From Antedon mediterranea (lineage: Eukaryota; Animalia; Echinodermata), in assembly GCF_964355755.1 (NCBI RefSeq), contig NC_092679.1, forward strand, positions 24,983,722 through 25,047,721: a stretch of 64,000 bases of DNA, read 5' to 3'. The position numbers were made by a program, and so were the translations under genes. Below are positions 57,878 to 64,000 of this stretch, one piece after another (position 1 is the stretch's first letter; the number at the start of each line of letters is the position of its first letter). The notes under the pieces were generated by a model. The model saw nothing but the letters and a program-made list of their open reading frames with translations. It was not told where the DNA came from and searched no databases.

Positions 57878-59315
57878 ACTGTCTGTCTGTCTAGACTGTC
57901 TGTCTGTCTGAACTGTCTAGACTGTCTTTCTGTCTAGACAGTCTGTCTGAACTGTCTAGACTGTCTGTCTGTCTGTCTGTCTGTCTAGACTGTCTGTCTG
58001 AACTGTCTAGACTGTCTGTCTGAACTGTCTAGACTGTCTTTCTGTCTAGACTGTCTGTCTAGACTGTCGGTCTGTCTTAACTGTCCAGACTGTCTGTCTG
58101 TCTATACTGTCTGTCTGTCTGAACTGTCTAGACTGTCTGAACTGTCTGTCTGTCTAGACTGTCTGTGTGTCTAGACTGTCTGTCTGTCTGAACTGTCTAG
58201 ACTGTCTGTCTGTCTGTCTGTCTGAACTGTCTGTCTGAACTGTCTAGACTGTCTGTCTGTCTGAACTGTCTAGACTGTCGGTCTGTCTAGACTGTCTGTC
58301 TGTCTAGACTGTCTGTCTGTCTAAACTGTCTAGACTGTCTGTCTGTCTGTCTAGAATGTCTGTCTGAACTGTCTAGACTGTCTGTCTGAACTGTCTAGAC
58401 TGTGTGTCTTTCTAGACTGTCTGTCTGTCTGAACTGTTTAGACTGTTTGTCTGTCTAGACTGTCTGTCTGTCTAGACTGTCTGTCTGTCTGAACTGTCTA
58501 GACTGTCTGTCTGTCTGAACTGTCTAGACTGTCGGTCTGTCTAGACTGTCTGTCTGTCTGAACTGTCTAGACTGTCTGTCTATCTAGACTGTCTGTCTGA
58601 ACTGTCTACTGTCTGTCTGTCTAGACTGTCTGTCTGTCTGTCTGAACTTTCTAGACTGTCTGTCTGTCTGAACTGTCTAGACTGTTTGTCTGTCTAGACT
58701 GTCGGCCAGTCTGAACTGTCTAGACTGTCTGTCTGTCTAGACTGTCTGTCTGTCTAAACTGTCTAGAATGTCCTTCTGTCTAGACTGTCTATCTGTCTGA
58801 ACTGTTTAGACTGTCTGTCTGTCTAGACTGTTTGTCTTTCTAGACTGTCTGACTGTCTGAACTGTCTAGACTGTCTGTCTGTCTGAACTGTCTAGACTGT
58901 CTGTCTGTCTAGACTGTCTGTCTGTCTGTCTGTCTGAACTGTCTAGACTGTCTTTCTGTCTAGACAGTCTGTCTGAACTGTCTAGACTGTCTGTCTGTCT
59001 AGACTGTCTGTCTGTCTAAACTGTCTAGAATGTCCTTCTGTCTAGACTGTCTATCTGTCTGAACTGTCTAGACTGTCTGTCTGTCTAGACTGTTTGTCTG
59101 TCTAGACTGTCTGCCTGTCTGAACTGTCTAGACTGTCTGTCTGTCTGAACTGTCTAGACTGTCTGTCTGTCTAGACTGTCTGTCTGTCTGTCTGAACTGT
59201 CTAGACTGTCTTTCTGTCTAGACAGTCTGTCTGAACTGTCTAGACTGTCTGTCTGAACTGTCTAGACTGTCTGTCTGTCTAGACTGTCTGTCTGAACTGT
59301 CTAGACTGTCTTTCT

Positions 59316-60216
59316 ATTTGGGACTACTCGGGACAACTCGGGACAATTTGGAACTTTTCGGAACTTCTCGGAACTTCTCTGAACTACTCAGAACTACTCG
59401 GAAATACTCGGAACTAATCGGAACTTCTCGGAACTACTCGGAACTACTCGGAGCTACTCGGAACTACTCGGAAATACTCGGAACTTATCGAAACTACTCG
59501 GAACTACTCGGAACTACACAGGACTTCTCAAAACTACTCTAAACTACTTGGAAATACTCGGAACTTATCGAAACTACTCGGACTACACAGGACTTTTCGG
59601 AATTACTCGGCAATATTCGGAACTATTCGGAACTACTCGGAACTACTCGGAAATACTCGAAAATACTCGGAACTACTCGGAACTACTCGGAACTACGCGG
59701 AACTACTAGGAACTACTCGGAACTTCTCGGAACATCTCGGAACTTCTTGGAACTACATGGAACTACTCGGAACTACTCGGAACTTTTCGGATTTCTCGGA
59801 ACTACTCGGGACTACTCGGAACTACTCGGGACTACTCGGGACTACTCGGGACTACTCGGAACTTCTCGGAACTTCTCGGAACTACTCGGAACTACTCGTA
59901 ACTACTCCTAACTACTCAGAACTATTCGGGAACAACTCTGGAACTACTCGGAACTACTCGGGAACTACTCAGGAACTACTCGGGAACTACTCGGGAACTT
60001 CTCGCCACTAGTCGCCACTAGTCGTCACTATTCGTCACTACTGGGAACTACTGGGAACTACTGAAAACTACCAGGAACTATTTGGAACTATTCGGAACTA
60101 CTCAGGAACTACTCGGGAACTACTCGGGAACTTCTCGCCACTAGTCGCCACTAGTCGTCACTATTCGTCACTACTGGGAACTACTGGGAACTACTGAAAA
60201 CTACCAGGAACTATTT
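59316..60216 (+). repeat. Subtelomeric 10-bp satellite (GGAACTACTC)n, distal block ending in a 133-bp duplication
   Basis: Tandem 10-mer. The block ctcgccactagtcgccactagtcgtcac occurs at 60001 and 60134. Confidence 0.95.
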
Positions 60217-63200
60217 GGGTTAGGGTTAGGGTTAGGGTTAGGGTTAGGGGTTAGGGTTAGGGTTTAGGGTTAGGGGTTAGGGGTTAGGGGTTAGGGTTAG
60301 GGTTAGGGTTAGGGTTAGGGGGTTAGGGTTAGGGGTTAGGGGTTAGGGTTAGGGGTTAGGGTTAGGGTTGGGTTAGGGTTAGGGTTAGGGTTAGGGTTAG
60401 GGGTTAGGGTTAGGGTTAGGGGTTAGGGGGTTAGGGTTAGGGGTTAGGGTTAGGGTTAGGGTTAGGGTTAGGGTTAGGGTTAGGGTTAGGGTTAGGGTTA
60501 GGGTTAGGGTTAGGGTTAGGGTTAGGGTTAGGGTTAGGGTTAGGGTTAGGGTTAGGGTTAGGGTTAGGGTTAGGGTTAGGGTTAGGGGTTAGGGTTAGGG
60601 GTTAGGGTTAGGGTTAGGGTTAGGGTTAGGGTTAGGGTTAGGGTTAGGGTTAGGGTTAGGGTTAGGGTTAGGGTTAGGGTTAGGGTTAGGGTTAGGGTTA
60701 GGGTTAGGGTTAGGGGTTAGGGGTTAGGGGTTAGGGTTAGGGTTAGGGTTAGGGTTAGGGTTAGGGTTAGGGTTAGGGGTTAGGGGTTAGGGGTTAGGGG
60801 TTAGGGTTAGGGTTAGGGGTTAGGGTTAGGGTTAGGGTTAGGGGTTAGGGTTAGGGTTAGGGTTAGGGTTAGGGGTTAGGGTTAGGGTTAGGGTTAGGGT
60901 TAGGGTTAGGGTTAGGGGTTAGGGTTAGGGTTAGGGTTAGGGTTAGGGTTAGGGTTAGGGTTAGGGTTAGGGGTTAGGGGTTAGGGGTTAGGGGTTAGGG
61001 TTAGGGTTAGGGGTTAGGGTTAGGGGTTAGGGTTAGGGTTAGGGTTAGGGTTAGGGTTAGGGTTAGGGTTAGGGGTTAGGGTTAGGGTTAGGGTTAGGGT
61101 TAGGGTTAGGGTTAGGGTTAGGGTTAGGGTTAGGGTTAGGGTTAGGGTTAGGGTTAGGGTTAGGGTTAGGGTTAGGGTTAGGGTTAGGGTTAGGGGTTAG
61201 GGTTAGGGTTAGGGTTAGGGTTAGGGTTAGGGTTAGGGTTAGGGTTAGGGTTAGGGTTAGGGTTAGGGTTAGGGTTAGGGTTAGGGTTAGGGTTAGGGTT
61301 AGGGTTAGGGTTAGGGTTAGGGTTAGGGGTTAGGGTTAGGGTTAGGGTTAGGGGTAGGGTTAGGGTTAGGGTTGGGTTAGGGTTAGGGTTAGGGTTAGGG
61401 TTAGGGTTAGGGTTAGGGTTAGGGTTAGGGTTAGGGGTTAGGGTTAGGGTTAGGGTTAGGGTTAGGGGTTAGGGTTAGGGGGTTAGGGTTAGGGTTAGGG
61501 TTAGGGTTAGGGTTAGGGTTAGGGTTAGGGTTAGGGTTAGGGTTAGGGTTAGGGGTTAGGGTTAGGGTTAGGGTTAGGGTTAGGGTTAGGGGTTAGGGTT
61601 AGGGGTTAGGGTTAGGGGTTAGGGTTAGGTTAGGGTTAGGGTTAGGGTTAGGGTTAGGGGGTAGGGTTAGGGTTAGGGTTAGGGTTAGGGTTAGGGTTAG
61701 GGTTAGGGTTAGGGTTAGGGTTAGGGTTAGGGTTAGGTTAGGGTTAGGGTTAGGGTTAGGTTAGGGTTAGGGTTAGGGTTAGGGTTAGGGTTAGGGGTTA
61801 GGGTTAGGGGTTAGGGTTAGGGGGTTAGGGTTAGGGTTAGGGTTAGGGGTTAGGGTTAGGGGTTAGGGTTAGGGGGTTAGGGGTTAGGGTTAGGGTTAGG
61901 GTTAGGGTTAGGGTTAGGGTTAGGGTTAGGGGTTAGGGTTAGGGTTAGGGTTAGGGTTAGGGTTAGGGTTAGGGGTTAGGGTTAGGGTTAGGGGGTTAGG
62001 GTTAGGGTTAGGGTTAGGGTTAGGGGGTTAGGGTTAGGGTTAGGGTTAGGGTTAGGGGTTAGGGTTAGGGTTAGGGTTAGGGTTAGGGTTAGGGGTTAGG
62101 GGTTAGGGGTTAGGGTTAGGGTTAGGGGTTAGGGTTAGGGTTAGGGTTAGGGTTAGGGTTAGGGTTAGGGTTAGGGTTAGGGGGTTAGGGTTAGGGTTAG
62201 GGTTAGGTAGGGGGGTTAGGGTTAGGGTTAGGGTTAGGGTTAGGGTTAGGGTTAGGGTTAGGGTTAGGGTTAGGGTTAGGGTTAGGGTTAGGGTTAGGGT
62301 TAGGGTTAGGGTTAGGGTTAGGGGTTAGGGTTAGGGTTAGGGTTAGGGTTAGGGTTAGGGTTAGGGTTAGGGTTAGGGTTAGGGTTAGGGTTAGGGTTAG
62401 GGTTAGGGTTAGGGTTAGGGTTAGGGTTAGGGGGTTAGGGTTAGGGTTAGGGTTAGGGTTAGGGTTAGGTTAGGGTTAGGGTTAGGGTTAGGGTTAGGGT
62501 TAGGGTTAGGGTTAGGGTTAGGGTTAGGGTTAGGGTTAGGGTTAGGGTTAGGTTAGGGTTAGGGTTAGGGTTAGGGTTAGGTTAGGTTAGGGTTAGGGTT
62601 AGGGTTAGGGTTAGGGTTAGGGTTAGGGTTAGGGTTAGGGTTAGGGTTAGGGTTAGGGTTAGGGTTAGGGTTAGGGTTAGGGTTAGGGTTAGGGTTAGGG
62701 TTAGGGTTAGGGTTGGTTAGGGTTAGGGTTAGGGTTAGGGTTAGGGTTAGGGTTAGGGTTAGGGTTAGGGTTAGGGTTAGGGTTAGGGTTAGGGTTAGGG
62801 TTAGGGTTAGGGTTAGGGTTAGGGTTAGGGTTAGGGTTAGGGTTAGGGTTAGGGTTAGGGTTAGGGGTTAGGGTTAGGGTTAGGGTTAGGGTTAGGGTTA
62901 GGGTTAGGGTTAGGGTTAGGGTTAGGGTTAGGGTTAGGGTTAGGGTTAGGGTTAGGGTTAGGGTTAGGGTTAGGGTTAGGGTTAGGGTTAGGGTTAGGGT
63001 TAGGGTTAGGGTTAGGGTTAGGGTTAGGGTTAGGGTTAGGGTTAGGGTTAGGGTTAGGGTTAGGGTTAGGGTTAGGGTTAGGGTTAGGGTTAGGGTTAGG
63101 GTTAGGGTTAGGGTTAGGGTTAGGGTTAGGGTTAGGGTTAGGGTTAGGGTTAGGGTTAGGGTTAGGTTAGGGTTAGGGTTAGGGTTAGGGTTAGGGTTAG

Positions 63201-63800
63201 GGTAGGGTTAGGGTTAGGTTAGGGTTAGGGTTAGGGTTAGGGTAGGGTTAGGGTTAGGGTTAGGGTTAGGGTTAGGGTTAGGGTTAGGGTTAGGGTTAGG
63301 GTTAGGGTTAGGGTTAGGGTTAGGGTTAGGTTAGGGTTAGGGTTAGGGTTAGGGTTAGGGTTAGGGTTAGGGTTAGGGTTAGGGTTAGGGTTAGGGGTTA
63401 GGGTTAGGGTTAGGGTTAGGGTTAGGGTTAGGGTTAGGGTTAGGGTTAGGGTTAGGGTTAGGGTTAGGGTTAGGGTTAGGGTTAGGGTTAGGGTTAGGGT
63501 TAGGGTTAGGGTTAGGGTTAGGGTTAGGGTTAGGGTTAGGGTTAGGGTTAGGGTTAGGGTTAGGGTTAGGGTTAGGGTTAGGGTTAGGGTTAGGGTTAGG
63601 GTTAGGGTTGGGTTAGGGTTAGGGTTAGGGTTAGGGTTAGGGTTAGGGTTAGGGTTAGGGTTAGGGTTAGGGTTAGGGTTAGGGTTAGGTTAGGGTTAGG
63701 GTTAGGGTTAGGGTTAGGGTTAGGGTTAGGGTTTTAGGGTTAGGGTTAGGGTTAGGGTTAGGGTTAGGGTTAGGGTTAGGGTTAGGGTTAGGGTTAGGGT

Positions 63801-63836
<36 letters not shown>

Positions 63837-64000
63837 GGTTAGGGTTGGGTTAGGGTTAGGGTTAGGGTTAGGGTTAGGGTTAGGGTTAGGGTGGTTAGGG
63901 TTAGGGTTAGGGTTAGGGTTAGGGTTAGGGTTAGGGTTAGGGTTAGGGGTTAGGGTTAGGGGTGGGGTTAGGGTTAGGGTTAGGGTTAGGGTTAGGGTTA
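60217..64000 (+). repeat. Telomeric repeat array (TTAGGG)n, chromosome end
   Basis: ~3.8 kb of TTAGGG with TTAGGGG/TTAGG variants. The G-rich strand points toward the end of the sequence. Confidence 0.99.

Larger units (their letters stand above)
53991..59315 (+). repeat. CTGT-based complex satellite (ctgt / gtctagac / ctgaa units) interrupted by three MITEs
   Basis: Satellite segments at 53991-54628, 55334-55631, 56237-56254 and 57878-59315. Confidence 0.95.

Overview
This is an AT-rich, intron-containing animal sequence, probably from an invertebrate (inferred from gene structure and the TTAGGG telomere). It covers the last 64 kb of a chromosome arm. Four spliced genes can be rebuilt by hand with in-phase GT-AG exons: a Na+/Ca2+ exchanger (SLC8/NCX, +, 10851-22374), ZNF839-like (+, 31226-37632), CINP (-, 38982-40816) and ribokinase RBKS (+, 46033-50516). 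About 8 kb of subtelomeric satellite follows (11-mer, 10-mer and CTGT/GTCTAGAC arrays), then an abrupt junction at ~60217 into (TTAGGG)n, which runs to the end of the window. Introns and intergenic DNA hold many non-autonomous DNA transposons recognisable by TIRs and TSDs (Kolobok-, hAT-, hAT5-, P-, MULE-, Harbinger- and Helentron/HINE-like), several of them nested. No intact transposase, CRISPR array or rRNA was seen. The most notable observations are TAGGCCTA/CTAG islands at gene 5' ends, probable P-element excision footprints, a three-level nested insertion splitting a head-to-head promoter, a self-nested HINE, tandem splice donors in NCX CBD2, ZNF839-CINP microsynteny and a telomere junction that looks healed. 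All alignments were made by eye.
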